From: Bilabrum cf. latius
Taxonomy: Eukaryota
Assembly (NCBI GenBank): GCA_965178125.1
Contig: OZ237748.1
Coordinates: 186,001 to 250,000, forward strand
Length of the DNA stretch: 64,000 bases
Reading direction: 5' to 3'
The notes beneath the pieces are model-generated. The model ran no database searches. It saw only the letters and a program-made list of their open reading frames with translations, and had not been told where the DNA came from. The stretch's first letter is position 1. The number at the start of each line of letters is the position of its first letter. This document shows, one piece after another, positions 11,510-24,800 of the stretch. The translations under genes and the position numbers were made by a program.

Positions 11510-14500
11510 ATGACGATCCTTACCCTTGCAGCAATCGTATGCATGTCGCAGTCCTCTTCGGCCCAGAGTCCGTTGCCCTCTCCCTCTCCCGCCGCTGCCG
11601 GTACCATCGTCTCATCTGCGACCAAGATCGCGCAGGGGCTCAGCGGATTGCCTTCCAGCTTTCCCCAGGCCGGGGACTCCTTCGGGCAGTCCGCACAGTC
11701 AATGGGGGATATGGACGGGGATGGAATTGAGGACATGATCGTGTTTCTGTACTCTGGAGATGGCGGGAGCGTCTCGAGTGCAGGCAGTTTTGCCATCTTG
11801 CACATGAACCGGGATGCCACCGTGAAGGACTTCCGGGAGTACTGGCTGGGAACCGGTGGTGGGATCGACGATTCGATCGCGGGACAGGCGGGCTCTCAGT
11901 TCGGTGAAGGCGCAAACCGCTTCGACCAGCCGTCGGGGGACGACCCTGACCAGCCTAGGGTATTCGTGGGGCAGCCGACGTACACTGCATCCTCGCTCAA
12001 TAACGTGGGTCGGGGCTTCATCCTCCGGTTCGATGGCGAGACTGTGACGAGTGTGACTCAGCTGTTCAACGGGCTGAACGGAATCCCGGCGGGGCACTTC
12101 AGCGCCGGGGGACGTTTCGGTTTCGCGTCCACCGGTGGATTGGGCGACGTGGACGGCGACGGGTACCACGATCTGGCAGCGAGCTCGATCCTCTCCTTCG
12201 CCGGCGTATCCCAGGGCGGCATCATCCACCTGTTCTTCCTAAACGGTGACGATACGGTCAGCAGCATCAAGCAGCTGTCTCAGGCAGCGGGCGGCGGATT
12301 CGACGGGCTTTCGTCCTCCGTGGAGTGGCTCGGCTACAGCATGGTCGCGATGACTCCCCGCGGCCCGGGCAGGAACGTCGACCTCGTGATCGGAGCAGCG
12401 AAGTCTGACGTCATCATTCTGTGCGGAATCGACACGTCGGGTGACGTGGTGAGCGGATCGATCGAGGTGCTGGACAACGGGCAGGAGGGCGTCCCCACAG
12501 GAACGTTCGTTTCGGGTTCGCGGGTCGGGGGCGGCCTCGCCAACTTGGGCGACATCGACGGCGACGGGCAGACGGACATCGGAAACGGGGCGTTTGTCTA
12601 CGACAGCGGGGGCAGCACGCTGACGGGCCAGAGCCACATCCTGTTCCTGAACCCCGGCGGCGAATCGGACGCCGTTAAGAGCGTTACCACGTTGACGTCA
12701 TCCACGTCAGGGCTCAGCGGAGTGCAGTCGGCGGGCAGCAGGGCTGGCATCGTGGGTGCCTTCGATGACCTCAACGGGGACGGGAGGGCGGATTTGATCT
12801 TCCGGGCGGCGCACGACACTACTGGAGGGTCCTTTACGGGCGCGGTGCTCGTGGCATCGCTCGGCGGACCGGCTCCTTCGCCCTCGCCGGCTCCTCAAGG
12901 AACGCTCGTCGAGGTCACGGTGATCGGCCAAGACGAGGGCGGGCTGCCGGTGACATTCCCCGAGGCGGGTGACCAGTTTGGCCACCAGGCAGCTGCGATC
13001 GGAGACATGGATGGGGACGGGATCGAGGACGTGGCTGTGTTCATTCAGCTCAGGGACGCCGGGGGAGTCTCGAGTGCGGGCGCTTTTGCCACCTTACATA
13101 TGAACCGGGATGCCACCGTGAAGGACTTCCGAGAGTACTGGCTGGGAACCGGCGGTGGGATCGACGATTCGATCGCGGGACAGGCGGGTTCTCAGTTCGG
13201 AGGTGGGATATGCCGGTTTGACCAGCCCCGGGGAACAGATGGGGACGAGCCAAGGCTTGTGGTCGGCCAGAACGATTACGACGACACGGGAGGTGCAGGG
13301 GCAGGGGCAGGACGGGCCTACATACTCAGGATGCATCCAACGAGCGGTGCGGTGACGAGCGTGATCACGCTGGGCAGCGGCTTGGGAGGTCTGCCTGCCG
13401 GCTTCCTCAGCAGCGGCGATCGATTTGGCGCCTCTTCCGCCGCACTGGGCGACATTGATGCCGATGGACTCAACGATATTGCGGTGGGGGCCTCTCGGTC
13501 TGACAGCGGGGGCAGCGACGGAGGTGCCGTGCACATATTCAGGATGAATGGGGACGACACGGTGAAGGCGCATTCCATCGTATCGCAGGCCACGGGCAAC
13601 GGCCTTGATGGCATCAGCCCGTTCATCGAGAGGATCGGCACTTCCGTTGCAGCCATGAGCCCGAGGGGCACAGGACGTGCGGTGGATCTCGCGATCGGTG
13701 CCCCGCTCTCTGACACAGTGGTACTGGTGGGAATCGATTCCAGCGGGCAGGTAGTGTCTGGATCAATCGAGGTGCTAGAAGACGGTGCGGGGGGCATTTC
13801 GTCAGGGACTATCACGGGAAGCACTCAATTTGGGACCGGCATCACAAGCCCTGGCGATCTTGACGGAGACGGGGTGAGTGACCTCGTGATCTCTGCACCT
13901 GCGGACGACACGGGCGGGGCCGATTCTGGGAAATCGATCGTTCTGTACATGAACGCGGGTACGGGAACAAACGCTGTCAAAGGAGTTCTTGAGCTCACTA
14001 TCGGCACTCTGGGTCTCACTGGGAAGCAGGAAACCAGCTCGCAAACAGGCGTGGCTGCTGCCTTCACGGACCTGAACGGAGACGGCAGACCCGCGTTGAT
14101 TTTCGGTGCACCAGCAGCGGCTTCCAACGGCGGACAGGTGCTTATTGCGACCATGGGTGGACCGAGACAGTCGCCTTCAACGAGCCCAACACCCAGCATC
14201 ACGCCCAGTACATCGCCCACGTCGTCATCGACAAGCACCAGCAGCGCGACACCCACGCCCAGTATCACTGCCAGCACCACTGCCAGCCCAAGCAACAGCC
14301 CAACAGCGTCAGTCTCCCCGTCAAGCAGTCCCAGCCCGAGCACCACGGCCAGCCCGAGCCCAACGAGCAGCAGCAGTCCCAGCCCGAGCACCACGGCCAG
14401 CCCGAGCCCAACGAGCAGCAGCAGTCCCAGCCCGAGCACCACGGCCAGCCCGAGCCCAACGAGCAGCAGCAGTCCCAGCCCGAGCACCACGGCCAGCCCG

Positions 14501-17500
14501 AGCCCAACGAGCAGCAGCAGTCCCAGCCCGAGCACCACGGCCAGCCCGAGCCCAACGAGCAGCAGCAGTCCCAGCCCGAGCACCACGGCCAGCCCGAGCC
14601 CAACGAGCAGCAGCAGTCCCAGCCCGAGCGCGACAGCCAGCACCAGTCCCAGCGGATCTGTCTCCCCATCGAGCAGTCCCAGCCCGAGCACCACGGCCAG
14701 CCCGAGCCCAACGAGCAGCAGCAGCCCCAGCCCGAGCACCACGGCCAGCCCGAGCCCAACGAGCAGCAGCAGCCCCAGCCCGAGCACCACGGCCAGCCCG
14801 AGCCCAACGAGCAGCAGCAGTCCCAGCCCGAGCACCACGGCCAGCCCGAGCCCAACGAGCAGCAGCAGTCCCAGCCCGAGCGCGACAGCCAGCACCAGTC
14901 CCAGCGGATCTGTCTCCCCATCGAGCAGCCCCAGCCCGAGCACCACGGCCAGCCCCAGCAGCAGCCCGAGCATGGGTTCATCTGCCAGCCCCAGCAGCAG
15001 CCCGAGCATGGGATCATCTGCCAGCCCCAGCAGCAGCCCGAGCATGGGATCATCTGCCAGCCCCAGCAGCAGCCCGAGCATGGGATCATCTGCCAGCCCG
15101 AGCAGCAGCCCGAGCATGGGATCATCGGCCAGCCCCAGCAGCAGCCCGAGCATGGGATCATCTGCCAGCCCCAGCAGCAGCCCGAGCATGGGATCATCTG
15201 CCAGCCCCAGCAGCAGCCCGAGCATGGGATCATCTGCCAGCCCGAGCAGCAGCCCGAGCATGGGATCATCGGCCAGCCCCAGCAGCAGCCCGAGCATGGG
15301 ATCATCTGCCAGCCCCAGCAGCAGCCCGAGCATGGGATCATCTGCCAGCCCCAGCAGCAGCCCGAGCATGGGATCATCGGCCAGCCCCAGCAGCAGCCCG
15401 AGCATGGGATCATCTGCCAGCCCCAGCAGCAGCCCGAGCATGGGATCATCTGCCAGCCCGAGCAGCAGCCCGAGCATGGGATCATCGGCCAGCCCCAGCA
15501 GCAGCCCGAGCATGGGATCATCTGCCAGCCCCAGCAGCAGCCCGAGCATGGGATCATCTGCCAGCCCCAGCAGCAGCCCGAGCATGGGATCATCTGCCAG
15601 CCCCAGCAGCAGCCCGAGCATGGGATCATCGGCCAGCCCCAGCAGCAGCCCGAGCATGGGATCATCTGCCAGCCCCAGCAGCAGCCCGAGCATGGGATCA
15701 TCTGCCAGCCCGAGCAGCAGCCCGAGCATGGGATCATCGGCCAGCCCCAGCAGCAGCCCGAGCATGGGATCATCTGCCAGCCCCAGCAGCAGCCCGAGCA
15801 TGGGATCATCTGCCAGCCCCAGCAGCAGCCCGAGCATGGGATCATCTGCCAGCCCCAGCAGCAGCCCGAGCATGGGATCATCTGCCAGCCCCAGCAGCAG
15901 CCCGAGCATGGGATCATCTGCCAGCCCGAGCAGCAGCCCGAGCATGGGATCATCTGCCAGCCCCAGCAGCAGCCCGAGCATGGGATCATCTGCCAGCCCC
16001 AGCAGCAGCCCGAGCATGGGATCATCTGCCAGCCCCAGCAGCAGCCCGAGCATGGGATCATCTGCCAGCCCCAGCAGCAGCCCGAGCATGGGATCATCTG
16101 CCAGCCCCAGCAGCAGCCCGAGCATGGGATCATCTGCCAGCCCCAGCAGCAGCCCGAGCATGCGATCATCTGCCAGCCCCAGCAGCAGCCCGAGCATGGG
16201 ATCATCTGCCAGCCCCAGCAGCAGCCCGAGCATGGGATCATCTGCCAGCCCCAGCAGCAGCCCGAGCATGGGATCATCTGCCAGCCCCAGCAGCAGCCCG
16301 AGCATGGGATCATCTGCCACTGCCTCTTTAAGCCCTAGTCCGAGCACAATGAGCACCCCAGCCGCAAGCGCGAGCCCGACACCTTCCTCAAGTTCACTCG
16401 TCACACCATCCCCACGGAACGCGACTTGCTTCGACGCTATACTCAACGGACAGGAAGGCGACATCGATTGCGGGGATCCAAGTGACAGCTCGTGTCCCGG
16501 GTGCACACAAGGCAGGGCCTGCACTTTCACCGCAAATTGCGCGGCTGGTCTCATTTGCGGGCAGCAGCAGCGAAGGTGCGTAGCTCCCGTGCAGCTAGCC
16601 GGCGCGTACGTAGCCGTGATTGGGCTCCGGATTGATGGTGTGGCGAGTGCGCAGTTCGTCGACGTCCTGCAGGCACCGCTGCTTGACGGCGTGATTTCAG
16701 CGACCGGCGCAGAGGCGGCTTCCGTGACTCGGATCGTGGAGCTTGGCTCCACCTCATCATCATCATCATCATCATCTTCGGCTTCCCGGTTCCTGGCGTC
16801 TGGTCTGGGTCAGGTTCTGCAAAGTCTTGCACCTCGTGCGCTGCAAGGCGCTGCACCCGGCGTGGAGGTTGACCTGCAGGCGAGGCTGCCGCCGGGTGCA
16901 GACGAGCAGAAGGCCAAGGAGGCTCTCTCTGCATACCTATCATCTAGCGAAACAGGAGCGGGCGAACCTGGGGCTGGAGGAGCGGGTGGAGGTGGAAGCG
17001 GTGAAGGCAAGGAGAACGGTAGCGGAAGCGACGGGGGAGGTGCCGGTGGGGGTGGTGCGGGCCAGCCGCCCGTGGAGGGTCCGAGCCTTCTTGCCGACCT
17101 GCGTGCGGCGGCCGAGTCCTCCGCCGCTATCGATTCCGGATCCATATAGGTTGCAACCGCGGAGGCCACCATCGAGACGGTGGTTCTGACGGCAGATGTG
17201 GTGATGGAGGAGGCCCCACCCTTGCCGAGCGGCAACCAACAAGGCGGGGATGGAGGGGGAGGTGGCGGTACTGGCACTGGTGCTGGCACTGGTGCTAGCA
17301 TTGGGGGTGATGATGACGATTCACTGTCTACTGGTGCGATCGCAATTCTGGCCGTGTTCGGTGCGGTCGTGCTGCTGGTGGTCGCCGTTGGATATTTTAT
17401 CGTGAGTGCCCGGCGGCGGGCGGTTCCCGGCAGAGCAGGCTGCTGCTCTTCATCTTCGAAGTACGCGGCCTCGCACGCACCCCATCCGTCCGGCTCGAAC

Positions 17501-17797
17501 GACGCGATGTCAAAGACGAGATCAACGGCAGAGATGCTGGAACGCCGGAGCACCCAGGAGGCGGCTCTCCCGAGGCGAAGCAACGCAAACGGAGATGATG
17601 GTGGGGTCAAGAGAACTGCACTGGACGACATCGGCGTTGATGTGAACGTGGACGACGATGATGAGGCGGGGCCTGGCAGCATGTACGCCGCTTTGGCATC
17701 CGGGCCGGGGGGGTCATCTGCCGCCTCCGCCTCTGCTTCTTGCCCCCACAAGGGGGGCGGGGACGACGGCGCCATCGATGACGGGGTGCACGTGTGA
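11510..17797 (+). CDS. FG-GAP (integrin-alpha-like) double beta-propeller surface protein with Ser/Pro/Thr stalk, Cys-rich + SEA-like module, TM helix and tail; 1 in-frame TAG
   Basis: Signal-peptide-like MTILTLAAIVCMSQSSSA; many GDxDGDG..D Ca-binding motifs in two duplicated halves. ORF 11402-17149 continues in frame across TAG 17147 into 17180-17797, which supplies the TM helix (AIAILAVFGAVVLLVVAVGYFIV). Ends in TGA. Confidence 0.88.
14320..16320 (+). repeat. Coding mucin-like stalk: 48-bp units (SPSPSTTASPSPTSSS) followed by ~38 36-bp units (SPSSSPSMGSSA)
   Basis: Directly visible in-frame tandem repeats. Confidence 0.95.
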
Positions 17798-18961
17798 CGA
17801 GTGTGACAAGGTGGTGGCGGAGTTGGTTGTGCATCGCACTGTACGGAATTGACTCGATTGGGACGATCTAGGGCGCGCTTGCTGCTTGCGCGCTTGTATG
17901 CGTCGTATATGTGTCGTCGCTGTGGGGGGCTGGGGGGTTGCCGGCATGGGGGGGTGGCATGGGGGGGTGGCATGGGGGGGGGCGGCATAGGTGCGTGTCC
18001 CCGAACGGCTCGAGTCTAGCACACGATCTTCGCGTGGCTGCCAATGGCGCCCGCGAAAGAGAGAGCGATCGGGCGCGCGTGATGCATCGAGCTCATGGTA
18101 CCAAGTGCCGACGGTGATTGTCTGGTGTCCCCTACGAATGTAATGGTACAATAGACACAATAGACTAGTCTACTGGTTTGTACCGGTTCCGGATCGGATC
18201 AGTGATTTGCGCGGCGCCATAAAATGATGCACCTCGATTCAGCACGCTCCTGCACGTTTGCTGGTGCGCTTCTCAACTCCGCACGAGGAGATTAAGTATG
18301 TTGATATGCTATTCAAAGATACGGCCTTTGGCAGGGAGCTGCAGCTTTGTGCGGCGCCGTATCTGTGTGATTAGTGTTACACGACAGCCCGACAGTACCC
18401 GGACAATCCTCTCTAGTCAACAAAACGACCTAAATGTACACCTGTATGATAATGACACCTAATTATGCGGTTTACAGCAGACAGAAGTCTGAATATGATT
18501 CATTTGGACAGGACAGGGTCCACGGTCGTCCCTCTGGCAGCCGCAGCAAACTTCCTTCGACTGGCCCTCTTGAGACACTGAATTTGATTACATCCTTGGC
18601 ATGCAGGGATCCAAATCGCGCATTTCGACGTGCGTGCGAAATGCCTGGCGGCCACATGGTTGCAACTCGTGGTGCAGCGGGTATGCCGGGGTGACTGTCA
18701 ACCACCGTACGAACATCGCAGCCCGATTGTAATGCTTGCTCGGACTTCAGTAACAAATGAATAGATCCAATAGTCAAAAAGTATAGGCTGAACGTTTGCG
18801 ATTGAACAGCTTACCCTCAGGTCAGACGCTACCGGCAACCGCCGTCCGCTTGTGGACACAACCTCGCACCTCCACCGCAAAAAAAACTCCTTCCCCTCGC
18901 GGGTCAGGGGGCCGCCTAAGCCTAGAGCAGTAAAAGCATAGACAGTCAAGACAACCTGTAC

Positions 18962-20492
18962 GCTCACCTTCAGCGCAGGTCACAGGCTCAGCGAGGTCGT
19001 CCCAGCGGACAGGGCGGGTAGAGCGCGAGGGCTCACCTTCAGCGCAGGTCACAGGCTCAGCGAGGTCGTCCCAGCGGACAGGGCGGGTAGAGCGCGAGGG
19101 CTCACCTTCAGCGCGGGTCACAGGCTCAGCGAGGTCGTCCCAGCGGACAGGGCGGGTAGAGCGCGAGGGCTCACCTTCAGCGCAGGTCACAGGCTCAGCG
19201 AGGTCGTCCCAGCGGACAGGGCGGATCGAGCGCAAGGGCTCACCTTCAGCGCGGGTCACAGGCTCAGCGAGGTCGTCCCAGCGGACAGGGCGGGTAGAGC
19301 GCGAGGGCTCACCTTCAGCGCAGGTCACAGGCTCAGCGAGGTCGTCCCAGCGGACAGGGCGGATCGAGCGCGAGGGCTCACCTTCAGCGCAGGTCACAGG
19401 CTCAGCGAGGTCGTCCCAGCGGACAGGGCGGATCGAGCGCGAGGGCTCACCTTCAGCGCAGGTCACAGGCTCAGCGAGGTCGTCCCAGCGGACAGGGCGG
19501 ATCGAGCGCGAGGGCTCACCTTCAGCGCAGGTCACAGGCTCAGCGAGGTCGTCCCAGCGGACAGGGCGGGTAGAGCGCGAGGGCTCACCTTCAGCGCAGG
19601 TCACAGGCTCAGCGAGGTCGTCCCAGCGGACAGGGCGGATAGAGCGCGAGGGCTCACCTTCAGCGCGGGTCACAGGCTCAGCGAGGTCGTCCCAGCGGAC
19701 AGGGCGGATCGAGCGCGAGGGCCCACCTTCAGCGCAGGTCACAGGCTCAGCGAGGTCGTCCCAGCGGACAGGGCGGATAGAGCGCGAGGGCTCACCTTCA
19801 GCGCGGGTCACAGGCTCAGCGAGGTCGTCCCAGTGGACAGGGCGGATAGAGCGCGAGGGCTCACCTTCAGCGCAGGTCACAGGCTCAGCGAGGTCGTCCC
19901 AGCGGACAGGGCGGATCGAGCGCGAGGGCTCACCTTCAGCGCAGGTCACAGGCTCAGCGAGGTCGTCCCAGCGGACAGGGCGGATCGAGCGCGAGGGCTC
20001 ACCTTCAGCGCAGGTCACAGGCTCAGCGAGGTCGTCCCAGCGGACAGGGCGGATAGAGCGCGAGGGCTCACCTTCAGCGCGGGTCACAGGCTCAGCGAGG
20101 TCGTCCCAGCGGACAGGGCGGATCGAGCGCGAGGGCTCACCTTCAGCGCAGGTCACAGGCTCAGCGAGGTCGTCCCAGAGGACAGGGCGGATCGAGCGCG
20201 GGGGCTCACCTTCAGCGCGGGTCACAGGCTCAGCGAGGTCGTCCCAGCGGACAGGGCGGATCGAGCGCGAGGGCTCACCTTCAGCGCAGGTCACAGGCTC
20301 AGCGAGGTCGTCCCAGCGGACAGGGCGGATCGAGCGCGAGGGCCCACCTTCAGCGCAGGTCACAGGCTCAGCGAGGTCGTCCCAGTGGACAGGGCGGATC
20401 GAGCGCGAGGGCTCACCATCAGCGCGGGTCACAGGCTCAGCGAGGTCGTCCCAGCGGACAGGGCGGATCGAGCGCGAGGGCCCACCTTCAGC
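18962..20492. repeat. Minisatellite, 69 bp unit, ~22 copies; coding status unclear
   Basis: GCTCACCTTCAGCGC(A/G)GGTCACAGGCTCAGCGAGGTCGTCCCAGCGG... at 18962, 19031, etc. Open on the - strand (AEGEPSRSIRPVRWDDLAEPVTC, 18822-20507, no ATG) and also in one + frame. Confidence 0.95.
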
Positions 20493-21877
20493 GTCCTCCT
20501 CTGCCACACGCCCTCCTGAACCCTCGTCCTCCTGCCTGTATTTTTATACCAGCCAGCAATACGCCCCCCCCCCCCCCCCCCCCCTTCCTCCAAAGGATAA
20601 GACGAGCAGGCGACTCGCTTCCTCTTGCAGATACCCGATTATCATCGACGGCTCATGTGCTCCTCAATCGCGACGTCAGACGATTCCGTCGCCGCGTTAT
20701 CCTACCGGGGCATTACGCGCCTAAGTTTTGCAGATAGCTGACCCTGAGGCGGCGCAACGTACGGGTTGGCGGACGTGGCGAATGCCAAGTTGGGGAGCTT
20801 AACATGAGTTTGAACAAGCTGGTCGCAGGATGAGGACGAAGCGGATCATGTCCATTACGGTGCCCACACCATCAATACATCGCTGGAGCATATACCGTAA
20901 GGCCTCCACAAACGATGCTTGTTCCCTGGTGCTGGAATTGCGGTTTACTTCGGCGAAGCAGCGAAGTCTGATGGTCCTTTCACCACCGGTTTGCACCTCT
21001 TCGCGTGAAAATCCGCGCACTCGCCGTTTGCTGAATGGTCGCAATTGAATTTATTGATATCTGTCCCCAGACGAGCGTCTCGGCTCCTTCATATCTGAAG
21101 GTGTCCTTCGACACAGAGCTTTTACTGTCGACTTTAGTTGAGGGCACCGGCTTTTGCTCATTTGAGAACCGATCCACAAAGACATCGAACTGCTCGTCGG
21201 CTCACATTTACAAATTGATTGCATTCGTTAATCAAGGGTGTCATTGCCTCTATAACCGAGAATTTTGTGAGGCGAGTGGCAGAGTTCGCGGTTGCGACCA
21301 GTCTTGCACAATGCGACGCGTTGTTCCTGAGCACTTTCCTTATCGTGTAGCCACACGAAATGGTTGCACCTGCGTCAAACGTAAAAATAATAAACCCTTT
21401 TAAAGGCGACCAAAGCGAAACGCACGTCACTAAGGTGGAATTTTGTGCTATCAAGCCAGACGTGGGTCCCAAAATTGAAGTAGACGCACCCCTCACACAC
21501 AAGCTACTATTCGGAGGACTTTTCGCTCCAATTGAGGCCTTTCAAAAATTGAAATCCGCGGAGCATCAGGTAGAAGCCAAGTCTGACGCGGGAGAGGCAC
21601 CTGAAGGTGAAGCTTCGTTCCCCCGATGTATTGCAGAGCAGACAGCGGTTCTGAGGGCCCAAATCACAAAGAACAAAGACTACACCCTGCCAAACAAAAA
21701 GAGGTAAGTCATTGCATTCGTTCGTTGGTTGCCTCTTATACGCAGACGGCCGCCCAACACATTGTCCGTCCGTCCCGAGAGAGGCTCTCCGCCGAACCTC
21801 TGGAGCAAAAAGTGGTACACCTCGGAAGCTACCTATTGCATATGCTGATATACATTCCATTTCTTAATATTCACAGG

Positions 21878-24800
21878 ATGACTTGGCGATCGTAGCCTCG
21901 ACTGGGCCCATCGCCAGCTCGCAGTGGTTCCAATACCGTGCCGCTGGCAATCGCACTTCTTCTGAGCCTAACGGTGGCGCTCGCGGCAGCAGCAGAAGCC
22001 ACCTCAGTCTGGCTCATGCCCATGCCCAGCCAGCCCGAGCCCTGGATCGATGAGGTTCACGTTGAGGTCAAGTGGCCGCCCGTGGATAGTCTCATCGAGC
22101 ACAAGGCGTCACTGGTAGGCACAAACCTCACGTCTCGATCCGGCGAGCTGTGGATCGCCATCGGAGCAGGGAATGAGGCAGACGCGCCCCCGAACAGGTC
22201 CCTGCCGATCCCCGCCCCCACGAACTCGACCATTGCGAATCTCACCGGCGGGCAGGGTGCTGGTCTGCTGATCCGCATGGAGGTCCAGGGGTGGCTGAGC
22301 TCTTCCGTGGAGGGCATGACTGCATTCGGGGGCGGTGGCTCGTTCACGGTGTGGCGAAGCAAGGAATCGGTGATGGTGCCATTGAGGGACGAATTGCAGC
22401 TGGCCATGTTCGGGAACTAGTCCATTGCCGATGTCACGCAGGGCATCCTCGGCCCAACGGCAGATGGGTGGGAGAGAGGTCCTGCATGCGGGCGCGTGTC
22501 CATTCTTCCAACGTGGGACAATACCACGATTCGAATTGCCATCCCGCACAGCCTGCTGCTCGGGGCTCAGTCGACCACGACTTCGATCAACACCAGCCTT
22601 GCAGTGTGGAGTTCAGCTCTGGTGAAGAGTGATTCGGACGATCCAAGAGCATCGAGCACACTAAGTGCTACAGGCGTGCAGATGGTGTTGCCCCAGGGGT
22701 GGGAGTCTCCACTGCCGAGCGACTAGTGTGCGATGTCTGCTGCAGTGCAGGTCACTGGGGGAAACACCCATTTTTGCACACTTGTCAGCATGGGTGATGT
22801 TCTGTGCTGGGGTATGAACCAATACGGCCAGCTGGGATGCGGGCACGACAATGGACCTCACTGCATGTACAATGGTATGTACGTTGGCGTAGGCAGCCCT
22901 TCGTTCCTGCTTGGCCCTGTGAATATGACGGACCAGTCGACCTCGAAGACACTTCAAGCAGTGTAGATTTCGGCTGGCGATTACCACACGTGCGCGTTGC
23001 TGGGGGGCGGAAACGTCATGTGCTGGGGCTCGAACAGTCGTGGTCAGCTGGGATGCGGGAATGACAATGGACCTCACTGCATGTACGGGAAAGAAGGTGA
23101 TGGCGTGGGCAGCCCTTCGTTCCTGTCGAGTCCTGTGAATATGACGGACCAGTCGACCTCGAAGACACGTTAGGCAGTGTAGATTTCGGCTAGTGCAGAT
23201 CACACGTGCGCATTGCTGGAGGATGGGGACGTCATGTGCTGGGGTTCAAATCTGTACGGTCAGCTGGGATGCGGGAACGATACTGGTCCTCACTGCAGGT
23301 ATGGTAGCTACTACAATGGCGTGGGCAGCCCTTCGTTGCTGCTTGGCCCCGTGAATATGACGGACCAGTCGATCTCGAAGCGGCATCGGGCGGTGCAGAT
23401 TTCGGCTGGTGCAGATCACACGTGCGCATTGCTGGAGGATGGGGACGTCATGTGCTGGGGTTCAAACCTGTACGGCCAGCTTGGATGCGGGAACGATACT
23501 GGTCCTCACTGCATGTACGCGAATTAGGACGATGGCGTGGGCAGCCCTTCGTTGCTGCTTGGCCCCGTGACTATGACGGACCAGTCGATCTCGAAGCGGC
23601 GACGGGCAGTGCAAATCACAGCTGGCAGCTTGCACACATGCGCGTTGCTGGACGGCGGTGACGTCATGTGCTGGGGTTAGAACCTGTACGGCCAGCTTGG
23701 ATGCGGGAACGATACTGGTCCTCACTGCATGTACGCGAATTAGGACGATGGCGTGGGTAGCCCTTCGTTCCTGTTTGGCCCCGTGAATATGACGGACCAG
23801 TCGACCTCGAAGCGGCGTCGGGTGGTGCAAATCACAGCCGGTAGCTTCTACACATGCGCGCTAACGGAAGGCGGTGACGCCAGGTGCTGGGGCTCGAATT
23901 CGAACGGTGAGCTTGGATGCGGGGACGATACTGGTCCTCACTGCATGTACGCGAATTAGAACGATGGCGTGGGCAGCCCCGCGTTCCTGCAGACCCACAT
24001 TGGCAACGCTAGCTTGCTAGCAATAGCTGCGTCCTCCTTGTCAGCATCATGTGCAATTAGTACTCTTGGAAGCCTGACTTGCTGGGGAAATATCTAGTTT
24101 CGGCCTGCAGCACTACGTCTTGTAGACGTGCCCAAACCCGTATTAGTGGTAGGTTCACATCAGTGGCTTGGCTCAGGGTGTGAAAGTGGCTGGTAGCAAA
24201 CATGCACGTTGCTGGAAGGCGGGGACGTTATGTGCTGGGGCTTAAATTCGTATGGTTAGCTTGGATGCGGGAATGACGAGAGCCCTGACTGCATGTACGG
24301 GGATGAGTACGACGGCTTGGGCAGCCCCTCGCTCCTGCTGAGCCCCATAAATATGACGGACCAATCGACCTCGCAGCGGCGTCAGACGGCGCAGATAACG
24401 GCTGGAAAAGATCACGTGTGCGCGTTGTTGGAGGGCGGGGACGTCATGTGCTGGGGTTCGAACTCAAACAGTCAGCTGGGATGCGGGCACGACAATGGAC
24501 CTCACTGCATGTAGGGGAACGATAACGATGGCTTGGGCAGCCCCTCGCTCCTGCTTGGCCCCGTGAACATGACGGACCAGTCCACTTCGAAGCGGCGTCG
24601 GGCGGTGCAAATAGCTGCTGGCGTGGTCCACACATGCGCATTACTGGAGGATGGGGACGTCATGTGCTGGGGCTCAAATCTGTACGGTCAGCTGGGATGC
24701 GGGAACGATACTGGTCCTCACTGCAGGTATGGTAGCTACTACAATGGCGTGGGCAGCCCTTCGTTGCTGCTTGGCCCCGTGAATATGATGGACCAGTCGA

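Noticed and set aside
13825-16752. Long antisense/alternate-frame ORFs (LGLLLGLADDPM, GCCWGWQMIPCS, PAAARAWDHL)
   Set aside because: Shadows of the Ser/Pro stalk repeats of the + strand FG-GAP gene. The same applies to 58419-59825 and the + strand ORFs opposite RRP5.
18822-20507. 561-aa repeat ORF as a confident gene
   Set aside because: No ATG, both strands are open and there is no recognisable domain. Kept only as a repeat. The adjacent C21 tract (20564-20584) is uninformative.
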